Shown piece by piece: positions 8,259 to 17,212 of a stretch of 19,717 nt of DNA. Where the stretch lies: assembly GCA_046735395.1 (NCBI GenBank), contig JBJKQR010000006.1, forward strand, positions 1-19,717, given 5' to 3'. Origin of the DNA: Fidelibacterota bacterium (GTDB taxonomy: Bacteria > Fidelibacterota > Fidelibacteria > Fidelibacterales > DSDE01). The notes beneath the pieces were generated by a model. That model was not told where the DNA came from, ran no database searches, and saw nothing but the letters and a program-made list of their open reading frames with translations. The position numbers and the translations under genes are program-made. Each line of letters opens with the position of its first letter. Position 1 is the stretch's first letter.

Positions 8259-10388
8259 CTATTGAAAAATGATGCGGCTTCCATTTCCGGCAACGGAGTG
8301 TCTTCCGGCAAGTCTCTGGATCAATCCTTGATACACCGTACTGAATAGCACTGAATAGCCGTTTTTCTTATCTACTCCGTTTCGGTAGATGTTATCCATT
8401 AAATAATAAATCTGGTAGGCCCAGACTGAGGATGTAAAGCCTTCGGTACATGACCAGAAATATGCATATTTCCCGATTTGGTCAAAGCTTCCGGTACTTC
8501 CATTTCTCTGACCCGCGGGATAGGCAGAAAAACCACTCTGACCATTTCCATTTGAGTTATTATACCACCCGTCCAGACTTTTTAATGCCGCTCCGGCCTG
8601 GGATTGACCTCCCAGGAAAGCAATAAGTACCTGCCATTCCGTATCGCTTGGAATATGCCATCCTTCGGGAGCCAGGCCCCGCCCATCCTGTACAGCTGCA
8701 AAATTATACAGATATCCGAGACTGTCGCTATCTGTTCCCGTATTATCATAACGACAGTAACCACCGGTAACCAGCTTATCATCGGAGACCCACTGATCTG
8801 CCAGTGTCACAAATTCAATCGCATCCCCGTTCCGATAGTGACGAACTCTTAAATTGGATGCCATCCAGACCTGTGTTCCGATCGTGATGACAGGGTAATA
8901 ATTTCCGTCTATATCCACAGCTCTCAATTCAAACCAGAATTCAATATCATTGCTGGACTGCGAATCTCCATAGGAACTTCCGGCGATTACCCTGAAACGG
9001 TAGAACATATCCGTTCGTAGCGAGTCAACGATATAACTCTCAGAATTTTCCGGAAGCTGTGTGAGTATGCTCCAATTTTCACCCTGTGGCTGATATTCAA
9101 CCCGGTAATATTCTTCCCATTGCGCGGCATCCTTCCAGGTCAATTTTAGACTGTTGTCATTCAACTGAGTCACCTGCAGATTCTGAGCTGGGGCCAGGGT
9201 CATATCAACAGGGAGTGTTTTATCAGAATAATCCGATATCCCATCACTTTTTACCGAACACATGCGATAGGAGTAACTTCGCCCATTTGTCAGCGCCGTA
9301 TCACTGTATTCTGTATTTTCGGCGGATAATTCCTTTACCAATGTGAAGCCCGAGCCATCAACGCTCCGTTCAATGCGATATGCAGACGCATAGGGACAAC
9401 TGTCTTCCCAGGTGATACGGATACTGTTATCATAGCTGTTTTCGGCAGTAACATTTTCAGGTGCACCAAAGGGCGGAAGGCTGATATCATTCAGTAGTAC
9501 GGATTCTCCCCGGTTTTTTAAACCCATCGGGCAGATATCATAGGAGTATTGCACACCAATCATAACAGTACTGTCAGTGAATTGGGTTGAATTCGCATCC
9601 AGACTCCAGACTACATTCGCAGTGTCTCCCGAACAACGCTCAATACGATAACTTCTTTCCAGAGAACTCCGGTCTTCCCAGGACAACAGCAGTTCGTGAT
9701 CACTGAGAACCTGAAAAGCCGGATTTCCCGGGGAACTGATTCTGTTCACAACCGAATCACTTTGAATAATATCACTGTGATTGATCTCATTCTGAGCAAA
9801 TATCTGATACCAGTACTTTTCACCATAGACCAGAGATGTATCCACCCAGCTCATCCGGACGGGGTCAAAGGCCCGGACCAGCTTGAAATCCTCATCCTGC
9901 CCGGATTTCCTCGCTAGAATTAACGAATCGACATCAAAGGTCTGAAAATAATCCGCCGGATATGACCATTGCAGGCCTATTTCCACATCGCTTAATAGTA
10001 TGCAGCTAAAATCAGAGACACCCGGGAATTCTGTACAGACCCTGATCGTATCAGAACAGGGAGAAATGTGATCACCATAACTTGCCGCAATTACATACCG
10101 GTATTCAATATTCTTCACGATACAGCTGTCGATAAAAATGCAGCTGTCGGCAAAACCAATCAGCGAAAAACTGCTGTCCGCCGTACTTCTGTAAATCTGA
10201 TAATTTTCTGCATCACTCCGATTATAATCCCAGTTGATCTCAACCCGATGATCGTTAATGACATGTGCGGATACCTGATCCGGCTCCTGTAAATCAAAGG
10301 AGCTGCTATATGGGTTTTTAGGCTCATAATCCCCGCAGCCAATCAGAATCAGGAACAGCAATGCTGTGAATAATTGTTTATTTCTCAT
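8259..10388 (-). CDS. Lipoprotein with about 5 fibronectin type III repeats and a C-terminal FISUMP (Fibrobacter succinogenes major paralogous) domain; C-terminus frameshifted
   Basis: Lipobox LIG-C18. FN3 motifs (L.W.D....Y.IER..Y.D..Y.Y). DIDGNYYPVITIGTQVWMASNL, GYLYNF, LAPEGWHIPSDTEW, GFSAYPAGQR, YFWS. The expected end GYSVRCIKD* (stop at 8321-8323) is out of frame. Confidence 0.9.
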   Translation of the reverse strand: MRNKQLFTALLFLILIGCGDYEPKNPYSSSFDLQEPDQVSAHVINDHRVEINWDYNRSDAENYQIYRSTADSSFSLIGFADSCIFIDSCIVKNIEYRYVIAASYGDHISPCSDTIRVCTEFPGVSDFSCILLSDVEIGLQWSYPADYFQTFDVDSLILARKSGQDEDFKLVRAFDPVRMSWVDTSLVYGEKYWYQIFAQNEINHSDIIQSDSVVNRISSPGNPAFQVLSDHELLLSWEDRSSLERSYRIERCSGDTANVVWSLDANSTQFTDSTVMIGVQYSYDICPMGLKNRGESVLLNDISLPPFGAPENVTAENSYDNSIRITWEDSCPYASAYRIERSVDGSGFTLVKELSAENTEYSDTALTNGRSYSYRMCSVKSDGISDYSDKTLPVDMTLAPAQNLQVTQLNDNSLKLTWKDAAQWEEYYRVEYQPQGENWSILTQLPENSESYIVDSLRTDMFYRFRVIAGSSYGDSQSSNDIEFWFELRAVDIDGNYYPVITIGTQVWMASNLRVRHYRNGDAIEFVTLADQWVSDDKLVTGGYCRYDNTGTDSDSLGYLYNFAAVQDGRGLAPEGWHIPSDTEWQVLIAFLGGQSQAGAALKSLDGWYNNSNGNGQSGFSAYPAGQRNGSTGSFDQIGKYAYFWSCTEGFTSSVWAYQIYYLMDNIYRNGVDKKNGYSVLFSTVYQGLIQRLAGRHSVAGNGSRIIFQ
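8340..8359. repeat. Perfect 10-bp tandem duplication ACTGAATAGC x2 inside the FISUMP gene
   Basis: 8340-8349 is identical to 8350-8359. Confidence 0.95.
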
Positions 10389-11385
10389 AGCGATACTTTT
10401 TATTTTTTAAATCAATTTCGAATTTCAACCAAAACGGTGCGATCAGGGCGGCGCTTCCCACAGGCAGGGCTGAAATTCGGTGCAGCGTATTACTCAGCTT
10501 ATAGAGTCGGTCCGCGTCCCTTGTATTTTTGCTGTCCAGATAATTCTGGTACAGAATCCGGCTGCTCAGCTCGGTCACACCCGCACTTAGGACAAGAACG
10601 CTCAGGGCCCGCCGGCAAAAACGGGTTTGCCTGCGGCGCGTGAACCTGAAATTTTGCTTGTAGTCATCAACACTCTGCAATTTGACAGATATGGCCATAT
10701 TCTGCTGAGCTTTGAGCTGGATTTTTTTTCGGTAGGTGACATACCCCGTTTTGTTGATTTCCAGATTGTAGGACCCGGATTTCATCAGATTTTGGCGCAG
10801 AGGTATCTGGCCGGATAAATTTCCGTTCAGCACAATCTGTGAACCCTCCGGTATTCCGCTGATGGAAAGATTAGCCAGCGTTTTGCTGTTCTCATTTTTC
10901 AGCAATTCCTCAATACTCACGAGGGAAGAACCGGCCAGTAATTTCAACGCCGCATCAGCCACAGCATCTTTCAGAAATGATTTCATACTACCGTTGTAAT
11001 CCTCAATATGCTGACTGATGATTCCAGCGCTTCCAACGTCAATCAGGCGCACATGCAGAGAATAGAGATCATCTGTACGACTCAAGGTACCGGCGATAAT
11101 ATATTGAACAGCCAATAATTCACCAATCTGAACAACGCATTCCGAACTGGTGCATCCGGTGAGCTGAAAACTCTGCTCCTTCAGTATCAATTCCATCATT
11201 TCACGTTCGATCAATGCAATATCAGAAAATTGTGATAATTCATATGAAAAACGATCCGTGACTTTTTTAACGGCATCCAGGGATACACCGATTCCCTGAA
11301 AATCAACCACTGCAACGGTGGACTTCTCCCCGGCATAACCCAGTGTTGCAACAAGAATCCAAAAGAGGATAACCTTCTTCAGCAT
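10378..11385 (-). CDS. Secreted/membrane protein with N-terminal CsgG/TolB-N-like domain and a PEGA domain
   Basis: Signal peptide. VAVVDF..LIERE..ILKEQ..GC...C..IG.LL....I.G..RLIDV. PEGA motif S.IPEGSQIVLNG...G..P......G.Y.LEI.K.GY. Overlaps the downstream gene by 11 nt, consistent with an operon. Confidence 0.85.
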   Translation of the reverse strand: MLKKVILFWILVATLGYAGEKSTVAVVDFQGIGVSLDAVKKVTDRFSYELSQFSDIALIEREMMELILKEQSFQLTGCTSSECVVQIGELLAVQYIIAGTLSRTDDLYSLHVRLIDVGSAGIISQHIEDYNGSMKSFLKDAVADAALKLLAGSSLVSIEELLKNENSKTLANLSISGIPEGSQIVLNGNLSGQIPLRQNLMKSGSYNLEINKTGYVTYRKKIQLKAQQNMAISVKLQSVDDYKQNFRFTRRRQTRFCRRALSVLVLSAGVTELSSRILYQNYLDSKNTRDADRLYKLSNTLHRISALPVGSAALIAPFWLKFEIDLKNKKYRYEK

Positions 11386-11581
11386 AGTTAAAAACCTTAA
11401 ATAAGTTGCAAAAACTTAGTTTTTCTGTTTGAAAACAACAAGTTTATAATTTCTGTTTTTGATACCCATCACATTTTTTTGTTTCCGGAAATCAATTTAG
11501 TGTGTGAATTTAATTTATTTACTATATTTTTATGTTTAGCAGAAGTGCTTTTAGTTAAGAAAATATGAAAGGAGCAGACAC

Positions 11582-13666
11582 ATGTTCAGGAATGTAATAC
11601 GGAAAATCTCTTTTCTCATCATGGTGTCCTTGCTGCATTTGATGGCAAATGGTGTATGTATCGTTAATGCTGAAAACGGAGAAGTCCTCCATCTGCTCAA
11701 TTCTGATGTGAATGTAACCGTGGAAAATCAGGTCGCCGTCGTACAGACTAAACAGATTTTCAAGAATATCACCAATGATATGAAGAACTTCAAGTATGCA
11801 TTTCCCCTGGCGGAAAATGAAAGTGCCACTCAGCTTGAATGGAAAATCGCCGGCACCCGATATCGCGCAAATATTGCTCCTACTGCCCAGGATACGACAT
11901 TGCCCGGTCCCGGTGGTTCCATTGATGCGAATCTGAAGGACTATCTGGGAAAAACGCCCTTATACTTCAATATCGAAACACTCCTCCCGCAGGATTCCAC
12001 AATAGAAGTGGAATTGACCTATGTGAGCCTGCTTGAATACAAGGATGGCCAGGTCCGGTTTTTCTATCCGAACAATTACCACGATCTTTCCGATTTTTAT
12101 CTGAATAATCAACGTTTCACCTTTCATCTGAAAAGCGGTCGTAAAATCGATGACCTGCAAATGCTCAATCATACTCCCGACAGTCTGGACAATAACGGAT
12201 ATGACGCCCATGCCTATCTGAATATCTACGAATCAAAGGCGGATCAGGATTACGAAGTCATTTATAGGCTGAACGCTGATGAACTGGGTCTATTTGCCAT
12301 CAGTTCCATGATCAGCCGGGATGATGTTCCGGATAACGGAGATCCCGGTTTTTTCATTTTTGTGGCAGAACCCGACAACAGCGCCAACGGTAGCGTCGTT
12401 GAAAAAGTGTTTACGCTGGTCATTGACTGCAGCGGCAGCATGAGCGGAAACCGCATCACTCAGGCAAAATCAGCGGCCAGTTTTATTGTTCAGAATCTCA
12501 ATGAAGGCGACAAATTCAATATCATTGATTTTTCCACAACCGTACACGGATTCTGGGATGAACCAGCTGTATTCAATCAGGAAAACGAACAAGTGGCTCT
12601 GGATGGAATTACGGCCCTGAACGCTACGGGTGGAACCGATATCTCCGGTGCGCTGGTAAAATCTGTTGAGCAGTATCTGAACGTAGGAACAAACACCGCG
12701 AATATTATTATTTTCTTTACCGATGGCGAACCGACAGCCGGCCTGACAGATCCGAATGATATTGAACATGCCGTACAGGATGCAGCCGGCAACATCTCTT
12801 CCCCCATTTCCCTTTTTACCTTCGGTATCGGTAATTATGTCAATGAACAATTATTGACCAAACTGGCTGTCGCTATGAATGGATTATCAGAATTTTTAGG
12901 GGACGATGAAGTGGAAAGCCGCATTTCTTCCTTTTACATCAAGATTAGAAATCCCGTTCTGATTAACACAGAACTGATGTTTTCACCCAATATTATAAGC
13001 GCCGCATGCCCCAGTCAACTGCCGAATCTGTACAAAGGACAGCAGTTGATTGTATCCGGACGGTATTCCGAGGCAGCAGAACTGACTATTCAACTGAAAG
13101 GATTTGCATTCGGGCAGGCCGTCCAATACAGTTATCCCATTGCTCTCACCGACTCCGTAAAGGCTGACTATCAGTTCCTGACCAAAATATGGGCGAAACA
13201 GAAAATCGAGGATCTGATGCTGCAGTATCACAGCTATCCCGAGTATTCCACCGAAGCAGCAAATATAAAGGATGAAATCATTCAGATCAGTCTGCTCTTC
13301 CGCATAATTACAGATTTTACCAGTTTTTCAGGCGGCGAAGAAACAGAGATAAAACAGGCCAGTCAAAGTCCGGAACTTGCCGGAGATGTCAGGCTGCTGG
13401 GAAATTATCCCAATCCCTTCAACAGCACAACCCGCATCCGTCTCTCAATCAGCCATATTTCTGCACCGGTGATAGTAATCAGGATCTATGATATACGAGG
13501 TTCCCTGGTTCGAACATTGTACGCCGTTGTCAATGCAAGCGGGGAAATAACAATAAGCTGGGATGGACGCTCTCAGAACGGAGAACTCGTACCGACCGGC
13601 ACCTATCTCTATGTTGTCAATTACGGAAATTCTGTCCGGACAGGTAAAATGATTTTATTGAAATAG
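11582..13666 (+). CDS. Secreted VIT + VWA domain protein (inter-alpha-trypsin inhibitor-like) with C-terminal T9SS type A/FlgD-Ig sorting domain
   Basis: RBS AAGGAG and signal peptide. VIT (V...Q.F.N....Y.FPL..A). MIDAS DCSGS..GGTDI..FTDG..TFGIG. LPNLYKGQQLIVSGRY. IWAKQKI. C-terminal GNYPNPFN..WDG..GTYLY..KMILLK. Confidence 0.92.
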   Translation: MFRNVIRKISFLIMVSLLHLMANGVCIVNAENGEVLHLLNSDVNVTVENQVAVVQTKQIFKNITNDMKNFKYAFPLAENESATQLEWKIAGTRYRANIAPTAQDTTLPGPGGSIDANLKDYLGKTPLYFNIETLLPQDSTIEVELTYVSLLEYKDGQVRFFYPNNYHDLSDFYLNNQRFTFHLKSGRKIDDLQMLNHTPDSLDNNGYDAHAYLNIYESKADQDYEVIYRLNADELGLFAISSMISRDDVPDNGDPGFFIFVAEPDNSANGSVVEKVFTLVIDCSGSMSGNRITQAKSAASFIVQNLNEGDKFNIIDFSTTVHGFWDEPAVFNQENEQVALDGITALNATGGTDISGALVKSVEQYLNVGTNTANIIIFFTDGEPTAGLTDPNDIEHAVQDAAGNISSPISLFTFGIGNYVNEQLLTKLAVAMNGLSEFLGDDEVESRISSFYIKIRNPVLINTELMFSPNIISAACPSQLPNLYKGQQLIVSGRYSEAAELTIQLKGFAFGQAVQYSYPIALTDSVKADYQFLTKIWAKQKIEDLMLQYHSYPEYSTEAANIKDEIIQISLLFRIITDFTSFSGGEETEIKQASQSPELAGDVRLLGNYPNPFNSTTRIRLSISHISAPVIVIRIYDIRGSLVRTLYAVVNASGEITISWDGRSQNGELVPTGTYLYVVNYGNSVRTGKMILLK

Positions 13667-13750
13667 GGCGATACAGAAACGCGACTGTACTCGGTTCACG
13701 ATTAATTAAACACCTGATAAGGAACATGTCTGAAGAAGGTTAGATATTGG

Positions 13751-13807
13751 CTATAGCTGGATTTTTATTAAAGAAATGTCTTTCGCGGCGATATCAAAAT
13801 AATTCAT
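13751..13807 (-). pseudogene. 18-codon ORF MNYFDIAAKDISLIKIQL; the first 9 residues are identical to the radical SAM N-terminus (truncated duplicate start)
   Basis: Starts inside direct repeat copy 1. ATG at 13807, TAG at 13753-13751. Confidence 0.55.
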
Positions 13808-13934
13808 AAAAGCATCTTTCCTGGTTCAGATCCGGATGATCAAAAGCGGCCTCGTTAATCTTTCACTCAGCGGATTGAGAGATTCAGGTCTCCACGGTCT
13901 TTTTCCGGACCTGCTTACTGGTTGAAGATGAATT
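13780..13934. repeat. Direct repeat copy 1 (~155 bp), downstream of the radical SAM gene
   Basis: Matches 15053-15208 with 4 substitutions and 1 indel by hand alignment. Confidence 0.97.
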
Positions 13935-14018
13935 GCACATTTCGACGCAGAACAGGTCCGCTTCAACGGGCGTGGGAATAATCCAATCTGAATTATGGTT
14001 TCATGCATCCGGATGAAA

Positions 14019-15080
14019 TCAGGCAGTTTGCTTCTTTTTCAACACAGTCGCAAGCTGCTTCACTTCCTTAAAATTGAAATATCCGGATATTTTACCATAG
14101 GGCGTATGACAGCTGTTCCAGCAGCCGGAGCAGGACCGGGCATAGTCCCGGAATTTTCGCCATTCCACTGAGGAAAAAATGTCTTTCACGTCCTGCCGAA
14201 GTATGTTGCCGAAAGCTTTGTTATTACAGCTGTGCACGTCCCCGTCAGGTTGGATAAAAAATTTGGAGAAAAAGGAAAAGTTGCGGATATAGGGGCAGTA
14301 TTTGAGATGTTTATTCTGCATATAATCCACAAAACCATTCAGGATCCAACGGGGTATGACGAGTTTTGAGGACTTTTTCACGGTATGGATAATTTCATTC
14401 ATTTCGCCGGGATCGGTAATCATCATATCGGAATGTCTGTTATGGTTGGTATTGGACACTCGGTACACATCGAAGGAGAGAGCCCAGCCGATTTTTTTCA
14501 GGTAAGCCATGATTTCCGGAATCTGCGCGGCATTATGCCGGCTGACAACCATCGTGGCAATCAGTCGCAGAGGACTGCCGGCCTTTGCGTTTTCTTTGCT
14601 CAGATATTCCATATTCCTCATGACCCGGTCTGAAACGTTTTTTGCCCCGCGCAGCAGGTCAGCCGTTTCCCCCAGACCGTCAAAAGATGTAGTGACATGT
14701 ATTTTATTCTCAATGAAGAGTTTTGTAAGTCTTTCCATTTTTTCGGGAGAGAAATACAGATTGCTCAGAATATTCTTATACAGGAAGGAGTAGTCATTCA
14801 GGGCCAGCAGAAACTGCTCAATCTCCGGATGGGACGTCGGTTCACCTCCGGTAATGACCACACCATGGCTTCCGTGCCGGCTCAGCTTGTCCAGAATCAT
14901 CCGGTAATGGTCATAACTCATGGTATTTTCCCGGCTGGCCCGCTCGGGTATATTGCACTGACGGCAGCGCTGGGTGCACGAATAGGTGATCATCAGTTCC
15001 GCAAACAGCCAGCCCGGAGTAAAGGTGGCCAGATTCCGGAAATTCTTCAGTCCTTTCGCGGCGATATCAAAATAATTCAT
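14019..15080 (-). CDS. Radical SAM protein with C-terminal SPASM/twitch-like domain
   Basis: CTQRCRQC (CxxxCxxC), ITGGEP, SFDG...D.LRG. C-terminal CP..FIQPDGDVHSC..FGNI..CSGCWNSC. Substrate unknown. Confidence 0.92.
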   Translation of the reverse strand: MNYFDIAAKGLKNFRNLATFTPGWLFAELMITYSCTQRCRQCNIPERASRENTMSYDHYRMILDKLSRHGSHGVVITGGEPTSHPEIEQFLLALNDYSFLYKNILSNLYFSPEKMERLTKLFIENKIHVTTSFDGLGETADLLRGAKNVSDRVMRNMEYLSKENAKAGSPLRLIATMVVSRHNAAQIPEIMAYLKKIGWALSFDVYRVSNTNHNRHSDMMITDPGEMNEIIHTVKKSSKLVIPRWILNGFVDYMQNKHLKYCPYIRNFSFFSKFFIQPDGDVHSCNNKAFGNILRQDVKDIFSSVEWRKFRDYARSCSGCWNSCHTPYGKISGYFNFKEVKQLATVLKKKQTA

Positions 15081-15208
15081 AAAAGCAACTTTCCTGGTTC
15101 AGATCCGGATGATCAAAAGCGGCCGCGTTAATCTTTCACTCAGCGGATTGAGAGATTCAGGTCTCCACGGTCTTTTTCCGGACCTGGCTTACGGGTTGAA
15201 GGTGAATT
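15053..15208. repeat. Direct repeat copy 2 (~156 bp): the 5' leader and first 9 codons of the radical SAM gene
   Basis: Matches 13780-13934. Contains inverted pairs CAGGTC..GACCTG and AATCTTTCA..TGAGAGATT. Confidence 0.97.
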
Positions 15209-15222
15209 CTTTACAGTCCTAA

Positions 15223-16503
15223 TTATTTGGTTGAATATATTCCTTCTAAAATTGTATCCAATTTATCTCCGTACAGAGATTCATAACCAGCTTCGAGGAC
15301 AATGCCGTCCGGGTTAAGCAAAAACGTACTGGGATATGAATTCACATGATAAAGTTGCTCGATCTCACCGCCCAGAGTTTCACTCACATGTTCCCAGGGC
15401 ATGTTTTTCTTCATGATGAAGGCACTGATATCATCCAAATCCATGCGGTCGCAGCAGATACTGAGAATCTGAAATCCCTCATCATGGAATTTTCTATAAA
15501 GCTTCTGTAAGTGGGGAATTTCGTTCACGCAGGGCCCGCACCAGGTTCCCCAGAAATCAAGCAGCAGATAATCTCCCCTGAAATTCGACAATTTCCCCTT
15601 TTTCCCCATCAAGTCCGTAAACTCAAAATCCGGCGCTGACTGTCCCTTAACATCTGCTAAAAATTTTCTCTTTTCATTTTCGCTTTTTTCATTTGCCAGT
15701 ATCCTGTCGTAGGATTCCTTCATGGACCCGAACTGCTGCTCGGCCGGCACCGTCTGCATTATCGCCCGGAAAGTATCCATAGTAGACCCGGCTACGGCAT
15801 AATATTTACTGTTCAGGGCATTCATGAAATCCAGGCAATGCGCGGCTCTCACCTGTTTTAACGAATCTGACTTCCCAAGTGTCTGCACCAGTCTGTAATA
15901 ATCACTTTCGGCATTTTTCATTTCTTCCTGCAGTTGACTCAGATCTTCTGCATTTTGAAAACGTTTCCTCCAGTAAACAATATGAGCCATCCAGTTTCGG
16001 GGATGATCTTGAGCCTCATAGGCGATCTCCTGAATAATATTATCCTTGGAGGCCCCGGCCATTACCAGAAAATCTATCATCCGGAAACGGGCATTCTCAA
16101 CGGGTTTCCCATCCCGGTCATAAATATACCGGGTATAGGTTTTCCGCCCGTTGTAATCAAAATGTTCGCCATCGGTAAAATAATAGCTCAATAAACTCAC
16201 ACCATCAGGAATATGAATCGTCACGGAATAGTCCGATGCTCCATCTTTCACCATCTGCGCAGAGGCAACGCGCCCGGAGTCCGGTGACAGAACATTCTCA
16301 AACAGTTTGGCGCTTCCCTGGAAGTTGTTATATTTTGTTCCCCAGTAATCGAAACAGTAAAATACGGAGATGTCCCCCGCAAGCGAATCAGCGGCATAGT
16401 GAATCGTATAATCCGTTCCCCGGACCGGATTATTGACGTTATGGTCACTTCTCGAACAGCTGAATGAAAACAGGATGAGGGCCAATATGGAGATCTTCTT
16501 CAT
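15223..16503 (-). CDS. Lipoprotein with C-terminal TlpA/ResA-like thioredoxin (disulfide reductase) domain
   Basis: Lipobox-like FSFS-C16. GQSAPDF..D..G....LS.FRG..LLLDFWGTWCGPC..EIP.L, and YPSTFLLNPDG (cis-Pro loop). Confidence 0.9.
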   Translation of the reverse strand: MKKISILALILFSFSCSRSDHNVNNPVRGTDYTIHYAADSLAGDISVFYCFDYWGTKYNNFQGSAKLFENVLSPDSGRVASAQMVKDGASDYSVTIHIPDGVSLLSYYFTDGEHFDYNGRKTYTRYIYDRDGKPVENARFRMIDFLVMAGASKDNIIQEIAYEAQDHPRNWMAHIVYWRKRFQNAEDLSQLQEEMKNAESDYYRLVQTLGKSDSLKQVRAAHCLDFMNALNSKYYAVAGSTMDTFRAIMQTVPAEQQFGSMKESYDRILANEKSENEKRKFLADVKGQSAPDFEFTDLMGKKGKLSNFRGDYLLLDFWGTWCGPCVNEIPHLQKLYRKFHDEGFQILSICCDRMDLDDISAFIMKKNMPWEHVSETLGGEIEQLYHVNSYPSTFLLNPDGIVLEAGYESLYGDKLDTILEGIYSTK

Positions 16504-16518
16504 TTTAATCCCTTTCGC

Positions 16519-17037
16519 TTATTTATGTTTCAAATCATCGCTATGGATAAGATATCCGAAACCGATAGAAAGTGAATTCCCATTTTTATACTCTCCGCCC
16601 CATATCTTTGAAGTGTAGCGGTACTGCGATATGATCACAACATGGTCATTTACAAAAAACCGGGCCCCGATGGCTGCATTCAGCCCCCAATCATGATCGT
16701 CCCGGTAGAAGCTGTAGGAAGGCCCGGTCTCAAGAAACAGGGATAAATCCTTCAGATTTTTATTCAGGGCGATAAGCGGCGTGAATGATCCATAGCGTAT
16801 TATCACATTATCTTCAAGATAATTAAAAGCCGATTCAAGGCCCAGCCCCCAGAGCTCCGAAAAATAATAAACAAAGCCCGGGGAAATACTCATGCTTTTT
16901 ATAGTACGGTCATTACTGCCATTCTGGTAACTGTCAAATCGTACGGTACTCCGGGGAAGAATCGTTCCTTTCCCAATTTTCTCCTGCGACTGCGCAGCTG
17001 CGCCGAGCATGAGAATGATCATCAGTATTTTTTTCAT
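16519..17037 (-). CDS. Small outer-membrane beta-barrel-like protein (172 aa)
   Basis: Start reassigned to the ATG at 17037 (MKKILMIILMLGAAAQS signal peptide after AAAGGGA). Alternating aromatic/Gly strands (ISPGFVYYF, LFLETGPSY, AAIGARFF, LSIGFGYL). Confidence 0.75.
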   Translation of the reverse strand: MKKILMIILMLGAAAQSQEKIGKGTILPRSTVRFDSYQNGSNDRTIKSMSISPGFVYYFSELWGLGLESAFNYLEDNVIIRYGSFTPLIALNKNLKDLSLFLETGPSYSFYRDDHDWGLNAAIGARFFVNDHVVIISQYRYTSKIWGGEYKNGNSLSIGFGYLIHSDDLKHK

Positions 17038-17212
17038 TTTAAATCCCTTTGATTTTTTCGGTTTCAGATTTTCCCGTTCTCCGTTTATCACAGGCTCCGG
17101 GTTGGAATGGTCTGTCTGCCCTGAACTGCCGGCAGCATAACACTTCACATCCCTGCACAGAAGTGGTCTCATCTCCTGCGGCCCGTCACTCAAATACCAA
17201 ACTTAAATGCCG

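Noticed and set aside
8321..8520. Diversity-generating retroelement targeting the FISUMP C-terminus
   Set aside because: No template repeat with adenine-specific mismatches and no reverse transcriptase in the window. A remote DGR cannot be excluded.
11410..11424. AAAAACT-T-AGTTTTT palindrome in the divergent promoter region
   Set aside because: Low-complexity AT-rich context makes it likely by chance.
13826..14008. 60-aa minus-strand ORF after the radical SAM gene as a RiPP precursor
   Set aside because: It mostly reads through the duplicated non-coding leader, the indel between repeat copies would shift its frame, and it has no clear RBS.
15150..15200. SRP RNA, glycine riboswitch or cobalamin riboswitch in the radical SAM leader
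   Set aside because: Only short word matches (CAGGTCCGGAA; GGAGAC..AATCTCTCA; AGCCAG..AGACCTG). The other required motifs, such as GGAAGCAGC for SRP or GCCGAAG for glycine, are absent.
17038..17193. 52-aa N-terminal extension of the OMP ORF
   Set aside because: The signal peptide and RBS-like sequence begin at the ATG at 17037; the extension looks non-coding.
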